In this document: positions 11,496-25,018 of the stretch, one piece after another | Numbering within the stretch: the first letter of the stretch is position 1 | How the letters are laid out: the number at the start of each line of letters is the position of its first letter | Origin: Octopus vulgaris | Lineage: Eukaryota | DNA: 64,000 nt | Assembly (NCBI GenBank): GCA_951406725.2 | Contig: OX597816.1 | Coordinates: 69,130,001-69,194,000, forward strand | Reading direction: 5' to 3' | The notes under the pieces: model-generated | What the model was told of the DNA's origin: nothing | Seen by the model: only the letters and a program-made list of their open reading frames with translations | The model's database searches: none | Position numbers and translations under genes: made by a program

Positions 11496-11729
11496 ACTCT
11501 CCATCCCGCTCTCAATATGAGTTACAAAGAAATAAATAACATAGCTGAAGTTACTTTGCAATTTAGATGTCGCCCCAAAAGTTCTGGAAGGTTTCTTTAA
11601 AGCGTTGTAAATATACTGGGCCATTTCCGGTATAACGACACTATATTTCTTCATATTACACCAAATCTATGAATTTATCTCTCTCCGTGTCTCTGCCTCT
11701 GTCTATCACTTTCCCTCTCAGCGTCTATG

Positions 11730-11768
<39 letters not shown>

Positions 11769-12984
11769 GTATATGCAGTTACAAGCACACACATACTTAA
11801 TAGTTATTCTGTCGGCAAAACGTCGATCTCTATACAAAACGATAAAGAAGACGACCCTGGAAACGGTCTTCGAACTGCCTGTGTTCTGCTGATATGAAAT
11901 CAGTGTATATTACTAAGGTTCCATAGTTATTCCACAGCTTTAATCACAGATGGTTTCGATAGCTGAACGTCTCGTATATGTATATTCAAACATTAATGCA
12001 TGATAGATATCCAATTGAATTTGCACAGTCTCGATTGACATTTTCAGAGCATCTGATTCAATTTGGAAGAAAGCATTATAGAATACCAAATTTCAATAGA
12101 CATTATCTCATTCTATAACATTCTATACATAGCAATTTGACAACCTTTTCGAGACGCATGGTTCTTACCTTTGTCTATTGAATATTACTAATTCAGAACT
12201 GCTGCTGTAATCTCATCACTATTATATTTTGCTTACAAATGAAATTAATGTAAATACAGCAGTACGTTGGTATTGTTAGTAAAAAGGCGACACATATGAT
12301 TATCTTTGTTTGTTTTTGGATATTCTGCTATACTGAACACATTCCTGATTAACGAAAACAAAGGTATTATTAATGAAGCCGATATTGAATTTAGATTCCC
12401 TGTTTAAAAGTCTGTATTATTAAGAAAAATTAAATGTATATGATGGAAATTGAAGTCATCCACTTCGACGCTGAAATTTTAAAGGCAAATTAATTAGAAA
12501 TCTAATCAATTCCATATCCAATACTATATATTAAGCGCTATTTGCGATTAAGACTGCTCGCTGACGAGGTATCACGAGGCCGAAAGATCTTTAAACTCAA
12601 CGCTCCCTTTCATAAAATCATAGATTTTCTATTGTTTAATTTCGATATGAAGGTTTTTTTTCATTTGCTAAATATTTTGCTATTACAAGTAGATTTGCTT
12701 TGTCATAAATACTTACCATATTAATTACGTTAGTCCCTACCTATTTTAACTCTCCAGATAGGGACATGCGGCATGTATTTCAACATCACAAAAAAGAATA
12801 AATTTTGGGGGATATATTGACATGCATTTGAGATATTCTTCTCTTCCAACGAGTTAAAAAAAAAAAAAAGACGTCGTAGCATTTGGTAACAGTTCAGAAT
12901 CGAGAAATTTACAGCAAATAAGTGTAAATACATTTTAAACACTTCAAGTGTATTTTGTTTCATCAATATACAGACAGCGAAATG

Positions 12985-13305
12985 CGGCGAGCTGGCAGAA
13001 ACGTTAGCACGCCGGGCGAAATGCTTCGCGGAATTTCGTCTGCCGTTACGTTCTGATTTCAAATTCTGCTGAGGTCGACTTTGTCTGTCCTTGTTTGTCC
13101 CCTCTATGTTTAGTCCCTTGTGGGTAATAAAGAAATAAAAAACGTTAGCACGCAGGGTGAATTGCATAAAGTGTTTCGTCTGTCTTTACATTCTGAGTTC
13201 AAATCCCACTGAGGTCGGCTTTGCCTTTCATCCTTTCAGAGGGCCGATAAATTAAGTACCAGTTGCGTACTGGGAACGGTCCTTGTGCCTAGAGTAGAAA
13301 AGAAT
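12985..13305 (+). mobile_element. SINE family B (tRNA-derived, gcctttcatcctttcggggtcgataaa central domain), nested dimer
   Basis: Head ggcgagctggcagaaacgttagc, B-box gttcaaat. Tail gtctgtccttgtttgtcc...aaagaaata, then restart at aacgttagcac. Confidence 0.85.
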
Positions 13306-13311
13306 ATACAG

Positions 13312-13314
<3 letters not shown>

Positions 13315-13351
<37 letters not shown>

Positions 13352-13408
13352 ATATATATATATATGTATGTATATATATATATGTATGTATATATATATA
13401 TATGTATG

Positions 13409-13479
<71 letters not shown>

Positions 13480-13655
13480 ATGTGTTTGTGTTTGGCTGTG
13501 TGTGTGTATGTGTTTGTGTTTGGCTGTGTGTGTGTGTGTGTGTTTGTGCTGTGTGTGTGTGTGTGTTTGTGTTTGGCTGTGTGTGTGTGTGTGTTTGTGT
13601 TTGTGCTTGTGTGTGTGTGTGTTTGTGTTTGGCTGTGTGTATGTATGTATGTTTC
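13315..13655. repeat. (TA)n/(TATG)n followed by patterned (GT)n with recurring ttggct
   Basis: Direct inspection. Confidence 0.95.
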
Positions 13656-13869
13656 TCTGTATGGGTGAAGTTAAAAATTGGTATCTTCAAGTCTATTCTA
13701 TGAAAAGTTATGTCTATATTTAGTCTTTCTTTTTTAAACTGGAAATCCTTTAGGGAACTAAGTATATAATAACAGATTGTACTATTCACGTAATTTGATA
13801 TCATTGCCTTCTCTATGCTGCTCGCAAATATTGCTTCCACAAAACGTTCAAGTTCTATAATATGCATTT

Positions 13870-15260
13870 CAAATTTTTCACCAGCAATTTCGGGGGACAG
13901 AATAAGTCAATCGCATCGAACCTGGCACTTAATTTATTGACTGCAAAAACGCTAAAAAGTGAAGGTCTCCTCAGCAGAACTTGAGACTAGAACGTAAGAA
14001 CGGACGAAATGCCGGCAAGTATTTTTCCCGGTGTGCTGACGATTCCGCCATATCACCACCTTATTCAATTCTCTAATATTAGACAAAATCATTAACTTAA
14101 GACTGACAACATGTCTGAATTTTAAATCATTTGAGCGAAACGGATAACTCACCATTTTCTACGATGTAACTAAATGTTTCCTATGCTTGTACGTTTGATC
14201 AACGTTCTATTTGACAACTGAATGATGTTGATGATTTAAAGGGTTGTACATTTATTTTCCAATTTGGTACCCAGAATTAACGCTTTCAGTTAAGGCGTTA
14301 GGAGATGCGTTTAACACGTTTAACACTCACTCGCATAAGTAAGAAAATGTTAGAATCGCGAAGTCAGGCTGACATTTACAAGTTCGCTTACGCTAACTAG
14401 TCATTTGAACAAATATGTATTCTCTGATATATCAAACACCTCGAATTTTGGTATTTCCACGATGTTTGGCTCGAAGAAATGATAAATAACTATGACTAGA
14501 TAAAAGAAAGTATGTGATACGAACACAAAGTTGTCATAATACGGTGTATCTATGTTGCACGTGTCCGGCTGTGCTTTACATTAACACTATAAGAATTATT
14601 TCTATCTCCGAGCAAACATTTCTATTGTTTAATGGAAATGTGTTTAATCTTTTTCTGTTTTTTTTTTTTTTTTTGCTATTTATACTATACCTGTTCACAC
14701 ACATTTCGAAATAACACTAAGTCTATCATAAAAGTTGGCTCGTTTCAATATAGGAGATGATGAAATTGGCAAAATCGATGCAACAGCAGACAAAAATACC
14801 ATACTGCATTTAATTAGGTCCTTTCACATTTTGAGTTCAATTCCTACCGGAGTAGACCTTGCATTTCAAAATATTCAGATCGGAAAATTACTAACCAGAG
14901 AGCGCGACAGGTGCTTATTTCATCGACCCCGAAATGATAAAAGACAAAACTGACCGCGGCAGAATTCAAACGGGCCAAACTGTCACTAAAGATGTTGCCC
15001 GGTATATTAACGGTTCTACCACTGCGTCGTGTGCCAATATTCCTTTCTACTATAGGCACTATTCCTGAGATTTGGTTGGAGAATGGAAGCTAGTCGATTA
15101 CATCGACCCCAGTGCTTGACTGGTATTATTTTATCGGCCCCAGAATGATACAAGTAAAAGTTTCCTTCGGCCGAATTTGAACTCCGAATCTAAAATCGGG
15201 CCAAAATGTTAAGCTTTTGTTCGGTATATAAACGATTCTGGCCCCCTCGCTGCCTTGCTG
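13870..15260. mobile_element. Several diverged SINE B copies (13870-14050 -, ~14800-15020, 15045-15257 -)
   Basis: Recurrent catcgacccc, gaatttgaact and acgattc motifs. Confidence 0.65.
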
Positions 15261-16090
15261 TGTGTTAATTATTAAAAATTAATTATGAATTTCTTTGGCA
15301 TAATACAGTAATACTGTTTGTTGGTTTGCATTTGGATTCTGAATAAATTATCTCTAATTATGGTGCAGATGCTGTTGAAAGAATATTTGTAGGATACTTG
15401 TGTAGTGGTTGTATAAACCCCTCTAACATATTCGCTTCATATTAAAATCGTTGTATCCACTTTAATATAACCACTTTGCTGTTATTCCTTTTACCAAATT
15501 CGATGAGATGAGAAGTAAAATTAAAACCTGTAATATTTGAAATTATATCCTAATGGGCTGTTACTAATTGCCTCAAATAATTTAGAGCAATTTCCTCATC
15601 AACTTATATTTTATTTGTCACTGGTTACGCCTTCCATCCAATGAGTTATATCAATATAATTACAGTAGGAACAATAATTGGGTGCAGGATTATTACTCAT
15701 TAGGAAAGAGATCATATGACAGTTTGCTGTGTTTCAAGTTGCATTTACTAGCTGGATCAGTGGCATAAACAAGCATTTACTATTCAATATTTGATGTGAA
15801 TTAAATTTCAAACAAGTATTAATTTAACGCAAATCGTTGATTAATATCAACAAGAGATACTGATGCATCTTTTAATAACACTGTCTAACTCAGTTCGAAT
15901 TCCAAAAAGACAATATTGAGATTTGGCATGAGATTAACGGTTTGATTAAGCAAGCCGATAGACGAAACTTGTCGTTCCATTCATCCTGGTCTCTACTTAA
16001 AATGTAACTTAAGTCAGACCATTAGTAAATGTTCAATTGATAGGAATATAAAATATTACCAACCCTGTAAAATTTACAGCTTTATACAAC

Positions 16091-16303
16091 CGAGGGGTGC
16101 TGACAAGGTTCTGACTTTGGGTAAAAAGAAAAAATGCAGGTGGATCAGTTAATTGTGATTCTGTTCAATCTTCTCAGATTCGTACGCTAATTGCAGCGCC
16201 CCTTCAAATTTTCTAAGCCCTGCAAAATAACTCGGTAAGTTAGACCTCCCACCGGGAATTTTTGCGACAACCTTAAAGCCAGGAACTTTTCAGTAGCCCC
16301 ATG
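16091..16303. mobile_element. mariner-derived MITE
   Basis: Imperfect TIRs ggggtgctgacaaggttctgacttt / aaagccaggaacttttcagtagcccc. Confidence 0.65.
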
Positions 16304-16484
16304 TATGTTGCCCCAACATATTTTCTATGTAAATAAATTCAACCAGCGTACAAACTTATGCATTTATTATGACTATTTAAGTTATAAAAACTGATATCTA
16401 AATTCTAATACTTAACTCATATTAGCGCAGAACTATTCACGGTGGAAACTCTAGACATTAAACTGTTAACGAAAATAAGTAATT

Positions 16485-17000
16485 TATTATTATTACTGAA
16501 TGAGAGAGCAGAGCATGCTATCAAAGTGACACTGATGCTTCTCGTCCGCAATGCTTGCTTCTGAGTAATCATAAGCATTCCCTCTATTCAGGCCACTTTT
16601 TTCAGTCAATTCCGTTCGTTCTCTTTTCGAAATACGTCTGTAGATGCAAAGAATTTGCTTTGTATATGTTTGTTACGGAAGGTCCTATCCTTTTTAAGCT
16701 GTACGCCTTACTTATTCTGCCCTTCATCAAGCATATTTGATATACATTTTTACCGATTTAATTAACTTCCCATTGCTTTTGTGGCTGTACTATTTGAGAT
16801 TTACTATCTTCATGTCTACACAATCTTCAGCACTTATTAAACATCATTCTCCTTTATTCCTGTTCACAAACAGCCAATAGACATCTCCTTGAGGATGAAA
16901 TAACCTATACCTCGTTAATAATTTTTAGATCATTCTTCGTCCATTTGCCTATACCACCTCTATACCATATTATGCTTAAGGCCCTAGAGGTATTAGCGCA
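16485..17000 (-). pseudogene. R4/Dong-clade non-LTR retrotransposon fragment ending in (TAA)n
   Basis: Minus translation ALSIIWYRGGIGKWTKNDL..KLLTRYRLFHPQGDVYWLFVNRNKGE*CLISAEDCVD...EGMLMITQKQALRTRSI. Matches the R4-type HPxADVxRLYxxRxxGGRGL and EGxLxAAQDQALxT motifs. Confidence 0.75.
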
Positions 17001-17209
17001 GATAATATTAATAACATTCAGTTCCGATAATATTAATAATATTTAGTTTTGGTTTCAAGAGTTCTCTCACTCTACGCAAATATTCCCAACATAAATTTCG
17101 TTTCTTCTCGTTGGCTTTGATGCTTGTATCCTTTTGTCAATCTCTTTCACTTCCTCGTCCGTTGACAATTTTATTCTTTCAGAATATTTTATGTCATCAT
17201 AATCATCAT

Positions 17210-17328
17210 TATTATATTATTATTATTATCAGAAGTATTATCCGACAATTGATAGTTTCAGGCCAATTTGGACTACATCACCTGCGTCACCCGCGTGTTG
17301 CTGAGATGTGCTCAGCATTATGTTCATG

Positions 17329-17364
<36 letters not shown>

Positions 17365-17477
17365 TAGAATAACAACGAAAGAAAATTGATTAAACACATT
17401 TCCATAACACGAAGGTAAATACGCAATAAGAACAATGCGATGCGGATTTTAATAAATACAGATTGACTTTGTTCATC
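17210..17477. repeat. Two-module (ATT)n-associated repeat, copy 2
   Basis: Alignable to 11205-11495 across both modules. Confidence 0.85.
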
Positions 17478-19762
17478 CAAATGAAGAATATTTCGACAGA
17501 ATGTCTGCCTTTCTTGGGTAAAAATGAAAAGCATGAAAAATAAACAGAAATACAGGAATTAGGAATATTGTACAATTCAATAAACACAGTCAATCTCTAT
17601 TTATTACAAATTTTATCACGCTCTTCTTATTGTGTATTGTAATAGTAATAGTAATAATAATAATTATTATTGTTGTTGTTTTCGTCGTCGTCACTATAGC
17701 TTAAATTTTAGATTATCAATTTGAGACTCATTGCTTTAGGTACGTTGACGCAAATTTAAATAATTATTAAACACTTCGGCAAATAATTTGATATGAGCTC
17801 CATAATTTGAAACAAACGTGATATCAATATATCATGTGAAGGGAATTTAGTCATTCGATTTCAAATGATTTATCAATTAAGATGGCTCCTTGGATATATG
17901 AATTTAAAGATTGATGTAGATAACTAGATAGTTCCCGGAATCAATCTTAGAGCGTAATTTTTCATGTATGGGAGTGACCTTCTGCAGCCAAATCTCAAAT
18001 CACATTCTACCCCTTTGATTAAGAAAAAATGGCGTATTAGACAGTGTAATCTTACATGACATCTAAAACGGCTGTTTGCTTAATCATAGTTGACCTTGGA
18101 AGTAAACAACAATAATGACAACAGCGACAACAAACAGCATAATTTAATCCATAAACATGAAGACTGACATTTATGCACATTTTACAATTGCCTTGATGTA
18201 AATGACAAAATATGGCTACCAGAGAGGATCAAACGTGGATCATTTAGACGATCTTCAACACTGCAAATATAAATTAAAGTTCAATGAGGTTAATGGCAAT
18301 AATTATCATTTATTCAAAATCTTTATTTGACTGTGTCAGTGAGTTTTCATATAAGGCTGCATTTTAAATCGATCTATTGACAATTATGCACACATATACA
18401 TCATTGATATGATATTAGCTATGCATCTAGTTGTAGACTAACCTCATTAGAGAAAGATTTGTCGTGAATTACAAACCTAACACGTCCTTAAGCCAACGTA
18501 ATCACAGGCCAATACAAATCACTGCAATAAAAGCATTTATATTATTCCGAGGAACATAAGTCAATTTGCATCTAAGCTTTATAATCTTTTAATGCAATAC
18601 TAATGTTTGCCATGGATCAGATCAACTGGAAGTTTACAGATATCTTATTGCTAAATTATGGATATAATAGTGGTGTCGATAAAACAAAGATGGATATGTG
18701 TAAGAGAAATTTCATAAAACTACGATGACGTACAATTAAGCATATCATTAGAGGCTAAAATCATAATGCAAACAGCATCAGGTGGTTTAGTTTTATTCAC
18801 CAATAACACATAATTTGCACTTCAGTTAAGCTAGATTATTCAGGATTTCTTTCCTCATGTTTACCATTTAATGTATCAATCGATTAAAATATAAATGAGA
18901 TAATTATTTTCCTGGGTCATTTTATCATGGTTGAGGCAGATACCAGTAATGATCCACTTTATATCTTGTTAAATAAATAATTATAGCTAATGGATTCTAC
19001 AAATGAATGAGTAATATAGGTTCCAATCAAATATCAAATTGAAATTATTCAAATTCGTCTACATGTCAGATAAATCTTGTATAATTGCCACTGATTCAAT
19101 TTATAATCAATCTTGTTTATCACCTGTATATTGTAAACAGAAGCTTATACAAATATATAAATACAAACGTGAGTAAGCAAATAAACAAAAAATGAATACA
19201 CACACACATAGTTGCCTTCGGCAAGATATTTCATTAACGCTAATGTTTTTCTTTTAATTCACTAAAACGGTTTTATTTTCAGATCACTATCCTACCACTT
19301 AGCTCTATTTTCTTCATCCAAAATGCGTGGGTAATTTTTCGTGTCACAGTAAGTGTAAGGAAAAACAACCCACTTTATACAACTATACGCTACTTTTGGC
19401 AAACCTGATTACAACATTGAGTTGGAAGAAAAGCAGTGAAGTTGATATTATCAATGATTGTGATCAGTTTGTTAAAGAACACCTCGCACAAATTGAATCA
19501 GTAGCACTTGAGTCGGTTATTGCACTGTGAAGGAATTACTACGAGAGAACAAATAAATGCGACTGAGATCTAACGATATCATAGGAACTAATATTTAAAA
19601 TGGATTTGGTACTTTTAAAATTGCATGGATGAACTATGGGGAAAAGCGATGAATGAATAATGCATTCAATAACTACGAGACATAACTAAGTGTTAGGCTA
19701 ACTATCAAAGTTGATTAAACGACTATCCGATTCAAATTGAGGTACATGGTCTCAAATTTTAA

Positions 19763-19972
19763 TTAACCCTTTAGTATTCATATTACTCTAATGTAATGTT
19801 TAGTTATTCATATTTTCTTGAATTAATTAAGCATTATCTTATACTTTTGTAATTGTATATTTTTAGAATGATTTTGTAGTGTAGGTGTGACAGGCTGGAT
19901 ATGGCTAGTTTGAACATAAAATGGGTGCAGTATTTTGGCTGGATATGACTGGTTTAAATATTCAGGAGTTAA
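19763..19972. mobile_element. piggyBac-type (TTAA) MITE
   Basis: TTAA-ccctttagtatt ... aatattcaggag-TTAA, degenerate TIRs, internal ggctggatatg repeat. Confidence 0.5.
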
Positions 19973-21457
19973 AGTCTTTCTCGATCCTAGCACTTGACTG
20001 GAAATTTATTTTATTTAGCCTGGGTTGAGGATTGAAATGCAAAGCCGACATCCGCGGATTTGAACTTAGGACGTAAAGCTGGAAGATCATAGCAAAGCTG
20101 CTTTTATTATAAGTCTTAACATAGGGGACTAAAGAGAAATATAAAAGTAAACTGCAAAAATCTGAGAAGTGTTGAGAACATTTCTTCTAGTATTATTGCA
20201 AGTAAGACTAAAGTTTCTAATGGAATAATACTTTGGTTGTCTTCGGAGATTTTGGACAACAGAACTCTCATCCATCCACAAAACTCAATCGTATAATGAT
20301 ACCTCAACACCATTGTTGGGACTAGCATTGAATGGCCAGGCCACTACGATTAAAGAAAGATCACCCAAAGTGAACAATGTGACAGCTGAAATGCTATGCT
20401 CTAGTCAGACATTTCGAGTTGACCGCATAAGTAAAATTTGATCGGCTGAAGTTCTTTGGAAACCCATTAGATAAATGTTCCTGTTTGGGGCTGCAGACTT
20501 AGTCCTCCGCTAAGATCAAAATATCATTATCTGCTTCTTGCTATCTTCAGTGGAATTCATTCTGTTGCAGGCATCAATCCAAGTCACCCTCTGAAACAAT
20601 TTTACTCTTCCTCCCAAAATTTCCGGAGGTCATCCTAAAGACGTTATAGAGGCAATATTAAGCGTATTAATCAACGCCTTCCGTGTTACTTCCTGCGGTT
20701 TATAAAATAAAATCCTCATTACAAAATGATAGCGATTTCGAAAATAAAATTCATTTAGTGTCGAGTTTAATAAGACATGCATCTATTTTAAAAACAAAGC
20801 AAGCTTAAAATACAAATACGTAAGTAGAGTTGTTAGTGTTAACGCAGGAGTTGGTTAAAATAATTGTAAGGAAATTAATCAATGATACGGCTGGCTGCAC
20901 ATACATATTCATGCATTCAAATGCGTGTATGATTATAAATGTGTGTGGACTCATATATGGAAGCTAGCTCATGTTATACTAAGCAAGGAATTGACAAACA
21001 TTTAAATTCGTTTACTAACTGGAGCAAAATGAATACTACTAGCCTTAGGGAACTAAGTTGAGCATTAAAGATATAAATAAAAGTATCTTCGATTGCCTGG
21101 GAAATGAATTTTTAATTTTGGTGTCCACCAACATAATTCTTGTCAGCGGCTTTTAATGCCGAGTGTTAAGCTCAACTTCCTTTGTCAATCTTATAAGAAA
21201 AACCTTTGAAATCTTGTACTGATTTTCAATACGGTAAACCTGTACATAACAAATTAAAAGAGTGGCTTATTGTCAATTAGAACCTGAAAGCAAAATCAAT
21301 AGCGGTGACGAAAGTGAAGGAGGGTGCTGACTAGCACCAATTATGCTGAAATAAAAGTTAAATTGACTCTAAAGCTACTAAAGCACTATACTTAATGATT
21401 GACAAAGGGAGGTAAGTCATTACCGTACATAACAGTATTGCGATTTCGAATTTTGGT

Positions 21458-21501
<44 letters not shown>

Positions 21502-21905
21502 CTTTTAAGGTCTTATAAACACAAACATATATATCTTTTAAACGTTGTGAAATCAAATAAATCTCCTAGTCCATTATGTTGGCTACAGTCAAATGGCGAT
21601 GACTGGTGAACCACTTTTGGGTGGGTTTCATCGAACTCTACCAATACATTGTAGGATAAATATATTAATATAACAATAATCCTTTGCTAGAATTTAGAAA
21701 TATTTTAATGCATCGCTACGCGCATTTCCACAGGTCACATGTCTCCTAGGATCACATCTCGGTTGAGAACAAGGGTTCAAGATATATCATACCTGATGCT
21801 TACCAGGTCTATACTCAGCATCGTAATTTACTACCGAATATCGGGGGAATTGTCAGTCGTATGGACTCTAGTATTGCAATGTTGGAATTAAAAATGCTAT
21901 TCCAA

Positions 21906-22560
21906 CGCGGTGAGCTGGCAGAATCGTTAGCACGCCGGACGAAATGCTTAGCGGTATTTCTTCTGCCGTTACATTCTGAGTTCAAATCCCGCCGAGGTCG
22001 AATTTGCCTTTCATTCTTTCGGGGTCGATTAAATAAGTACCAGTTATACACTGGGGTCGATATAATCGACTTAATCCGTTTGCTTGTCCTTGTTTGTCCT
22101 CTCTGTGTTTAGCCCCTTGTGGGTAGTAAAGAAATAGTTATTTCGGCCGTCGCCACGTTCTGAGTTCAAATTCCGCCGAAGTCGACTTTGCCTTTCATCC
22201 TTTCGATAAATTAAGTACCAGTAATACACTGGAGTCGATATAACCATCTTGTCTCCTCCCTTTCCTCCTTTCGGGGCCAATTAAATAAGTACCAGTTACG
22301 CACTGGGGTCGATATAATCGACTTAATCCGTTCGTCTGTCCTTGTTTGTTCTCTCTGTGTATAGCCCCTTGTGGGTAGTAAAGAAATAGGTATTTCGGCC
22401 GTCTCCACGTTCTGAGTTCAAATTCCGCCGAAATCGACTTTGCCTTTCATCATTTCAGGGTCGATAAATTAAGTACCAGTAATACACTGGAGTCGATATA
22501 ATCATCTTGTCTCCTCCCGCCTAAATTTCGGGCATTGTGCCTATAGGAAAAACGATTATT
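21906..22560 (+). mobile_element. Tandem/nested SINE B array
   Basis: Repeated ttctgagttcaaat-ccgccga-gtcgactttgcctttcat units. Twice joined by tail ...agccccttgtgggtagtaaagaaata restarting at g(g/t)tatttcg. Confidence 0.9.
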
Positions 22561-22899
22561 AATGTTGCTCTACTTTCATTATTGGGAAATTAATCGAAAT
22601 TGTCATAATTTCCTTGAAAGTCAAATGAATATTTAAGATATATAACTAAGCGTTTCAATTTTCATCATAACATTTTCGAACACATTTTAATCATTGAATT
22701 ATTCTTCTTGATGTAATTTCATCGTTCAACAAATACCCTTCTTTTTTAAATCCTTTCTTACCTTTTGCATACCTCCTTCCTTCATGCACATTCACCTTGT
22801 GTATTCTTCCATTTCTCTCTCTGCATCTCTTCCTATCGATCGAACTATTTCTCTCATTCACGCTAGTGTTATTTGCGTTTTATCAATCAGTCAAGATCT

Positions 22900-23482
22900 C
22901 TTCGGGCGAAATTCTTATCGGTATTTCGTCCGTCTTCATGTTCTGAGTTTAAATACATTCCGCCGACATCGACTTCGCCTTTCATCCTTTCGGCGTCGAT
23001 ACAATAAGTACCATTTGAGTACTGGATTCGAAGTAATCCATTTACCCTTCCCCATCAACATTTTGGCCTTGTGCCAAAATTTGAAATCAATATTAAGTCA
23101 TGTTAAGGCAGTGAGCTAGCAGAATCGTTAACATGCCGGGCAACAGGAATATCGGCATTTCGTACGTCTTTGCGTTCTGAGCTCAAATTCTACAGAGGTT
23201 GACTTGGAATTTCATCCCTTTCAGAGTTGATAAAATAAGTACCAGCCGAAGACTGGGCCTGTTGTAATCTCGAAGTAGTCAAGCTTGTTTCAAAATTTGA
23301 AATCCATATTAAGTAACTGTAAGGCGGCGAGCTGACAGAACCGTTAGCAAGCCCGGCTTAATGCTTAGCGGTATTTCGGCCTTCTTTGTGTTTTGCGTTC
23401 AAATTCTGCCGAAAAAGTCTTTAATTTCCATCCTTTCGGGGTCTAAGTATTTCTGTGCCCGTGCCAAAACTTGAAACCAATG
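22900..23482 (+). mobile_element. Three head-to-tail diverged SINE B copies
   Basis: Each ends aaa(a)tttgaaa(t/c)caat. Heads at ~23107 and ~23322. Confidence 0.8.
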
Positions 23483-23913
23483 TTAAATGAGAGTGAGGTA
23501 TGGAAATACATAATGGCCAGCAAAATATTTAAACATTGAGGAACATATAAAATGCATGCATCAAAATGTTTTAAAACAATGAGATATTATCAGAAAATTG
23601 ATTGCTATTACCTGATTTAATATTGATATGTATGTAATCTCAACATTGTTTAAATTTCGAGATCTTGTACCATAGTCTGAAAACTAAGTCGATATGTGAA
23701 ACAAAAGCATATAGTTAACTGGATCACCTCAAATTACTGTATCCCTACGGTAAGAAAATGTATGGACGATTTTGATGAGAACTGAAATCAGAATGTATTA
23801 GAGAAAGTAGTTTCTTCTCTCTACTCATTAATCTTCAGATATATTTTCCTGGTCCTTAATGAGATCCTCAAATAAACATTTTCTTTAATATACTAAGATA
23901 GGAGTTACTAAAT

Positions 23914-23951
23914 AGATCTCAGGGATTTTTCTAGAAAAATCCCTGAGATCT
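23914..23951. repeat. Perfect 38 bp palindrome
   Basis: agatctcagggatttttct|agaaaaatccctgagatct. Confidence 0.95.
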
Positions 23952-24894
23952 GTTTCAAATCATTCTTAAAATAAGGCTCTAACTTTTTATTCGATTATTT
24001 ATTAGTTTAGTAAACTACAATGAACGCTTCAGCAAACCATCACGGAATGGTAATGAGTGAAAAGTATATGGTGATAGGTTCGTACTCTCAAAATTGACAA
24101 TATTTGGCTCATGCGATCAGTTTCCTGACTTTGATAAAAGTTTTCAAGTTTTCTAATAACACGAAATAAAAGCAATAAGTACAGCCGGTTTCATAAGCTG
24201 ATTCTCTTATCTGTTTAGGTCTAATATATTACATTTCCCCCTCTTTCTTTGAGTTTGCAATACATATTTGCCGATTTGTTAATTGTGCATCTATCTTCAA
24301 AATTAATCAGCTGTCTGAGTCGGTAATAAATAAAATATATTTGCAATGACGAATTCTGTCTAACACATTCTAAGGTTAGAGTGATAAGTACACACAGTCA
24401 TCTAGAAAAATAATCATATAGTTTCTTCTTGGATGTAATTTTATATTGACGGAAGATATTTCCTGATGTTAGTGAAAATATTTGACTGATTAATCAAGAT
24501 CTGGTTCAAATAGTTTTCAAGAAAACATTGATTTCTACGATTAATAGAAAGCCACATATTTCCAATAGGTTATAGTTGATTAAACTGACCTCAGTAATTG
24601 ACTGGTACTTTTCCTTTATCGATTCAGGAAAAACGGAATATAATGTCAATCCCGGCGTAATTTGAACTCAGAATGTAAACGATTTTAACTAAATACCCCA
24701 AGGCATTTCGTTATACAGTCTAATGATTCAGTTAATCTATCACCATTAGTTTACTGAAAATATTCAAATCAGGTCGGTCAATTTATGAGCGATTTTATGC
24801 AACATTTACCAAAACTGTGCAAGTGGCAAGAAGACAAAATGAAAGTGAATGAAATAATTCAAGCACAAAATCAGGTAGGAAAATCGTTCCCATA

Positions 24895-25018
24895 TAGACA
24901 CTGCTTTAACTGTGGACACTACTTTAAATATCTTCACTGCATTAAATACAGGCTCTGCTTTAACTAGACACAGCTTTAAATATAAACATAACCTAGACAC
25001 TGTTTTAAATACAGACAC
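24895..25018. repeat. Degenerate ~17-20 bp minisatellite
   Basis: Recurring (a)gacact(g)ctttaa unit, about 6 copies. Confidence 0.7.

Noticed and set aside
11560-11654. PEMAQYIYNALKKPS resembling CRE-type RT
   Set aside because: About 15 residues of weak similarity, not enough for a call.
21281-21416. Candidate exon (ag...GAG|gtaagt)
   Set aside because: A single good donor with stops in the candidate exon and no supporting neighbours.
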